Positions 63,551 through 64,000 of a DNA stretch of 64,000 nt are shown here, one piece after another. Source of the stretch: Actinomycetes bacterium (GTDB lineage Bacteria > Actinomycetota > Actinomycetes > Actinomycetales > Microbacteriaceae); contig JAEWJX010000079.1 of assembly GCA_023386365.1 (NCBI GenBank), positions 3,179 to 67,178 on the forward strand. Reading direction: 5' to 3'. The notes below the pieces were generated by a model. It had not been told where the DNA came from and searched no databases. It saw only the letters and a list, made by a program, of their open reading frames with translations. The translations under genes and the position numbers were made by a program. Position 1 is the first letter of the stretch; each line of letters begins with the position of its first letter.

Positions 63551-64000
63551 ATGGCGGAAGAGGAAGGCCATGTGCCGGCGGGGTGGTACCCCGATCCGCT
63601 CGGGCTTCCCCAGCTGCGCTGGTGGGACAATCACGCGTGGACGGAGCACACCTCCGACGCGCGTCAGCCGATGGTCGCCCAGGAGACGGTCACGGCGAAG
63701 CTCGCCTACGCGGACGACGACGAGTTCCTGAACCCGGCGCCCCGGGAGGACCTCTACAGCGACTCCGGGAGCGGTCAGGTCACCACGGAGGCCCCGTTCG
63801 CGACCGCGGACCCGGTGCTGTCGCTCGAGGCCGCGCCGGTCGCCCAGAGCCGCGCCGAAGACGAGGTCTCGCCCGGTCTGAAGTTCGCGCAGGACCACTT
63901 CATCGAGGACGCCCCGCAGAGCGCGCCCTTCCTGCTCGACACCAGCTACGACGACCTGCTCGGCGTGCCGATCAACCCGGCGGACGCCCAGCAGGCGACC
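63551..64000 (+). CDS. DUF2510-domain protein, N-terminal part (runs off the window end)
   Basis: ATG 8 nt after GAGGAAGG. MAEEEGHVPAGWYPDPLGLPQLRWWDNHAWTEH is the GWYPDP...RWWDG..WT motif. The frame stays open to position 64000, so it is absent from the ORF track. Confidence 0.6.
   Translation, partial: MAEEEGHVPAGWYPDPLGLPQLRWWDNHAWTEHTSDARQPMVAQETVTAKLAYADDDEFLNPAPREDLYSDSGSGQVTTEAPFATADPVLSLEAAPVAQSRAEDEVSPGLKFAQDHFIEDAPQSAPFLLDTSYDDLLGVPINPADAQQAT

Noticed and set aside
1-64000. A whole-window look for CRISPR arrays, IS elements, rRNA, restriction-modification, toxin-antitoxin pairs or prophage remnants.
   Set aside because: None was recognised by eye in either strand. Small repeats or degenerate elements could have escaped manual reading and would need a computational repeat or HMM scan.

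Overview
Very high-G+C actinobacterial chromosome segment. Protein sequences and gene order look Microbacteriaceae-like, which is an inference. The window is densely coding: about 60 protein genes and 2 tRNAs (Met-CAT, Asn-GTT). I saw no rRNA, CRISPR array, transposase, integrase or phage genes.

Most of it is core housekeeping:
- replication, tRNA and translation functions: dnaG, dgt, dus, ybaK, glyQS, def
- an nrtR-nadA-nadB-nadC-nadS NAD operon
- a peptide-type ABC importer
- NHEJ genes ku and ligD
- aspA, pit and a BCCT transporter

The ORF track uses ATG, GTG and TTG as starts, all shown as M. Many track ORFs are antisense shadow ORFs typical of high-GC DNA. Several real genes start internally to the listed ORF, and I re-derived those starts from the sequence.

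The most interesting unexplained pieces:
1. A zinc-ribbon giant polytopic membrane protein, translationally chained to a sensor-less Hanks kinase and a lipoprotein (2040-7420).
2. A histidine kinase and receiver-only regulator hard-wired by overlapping codons to the AzlCD exporter (10422-12742).
3. An NHEJ locus with a split LigD and a co-transcribed, extremely acidic 54-aa micro-ORF (53831-57402).
4. A peptide-type ABC operon with three ATPase domains (one degenerate) plus a lactonase (16080-23495).
5. Clear candidate operators: an NrtR palindrome pair upstream of the NAD operon and a PHO box upstream of pit.

All functional calls rest on motifs read by eye. No database search was possible.
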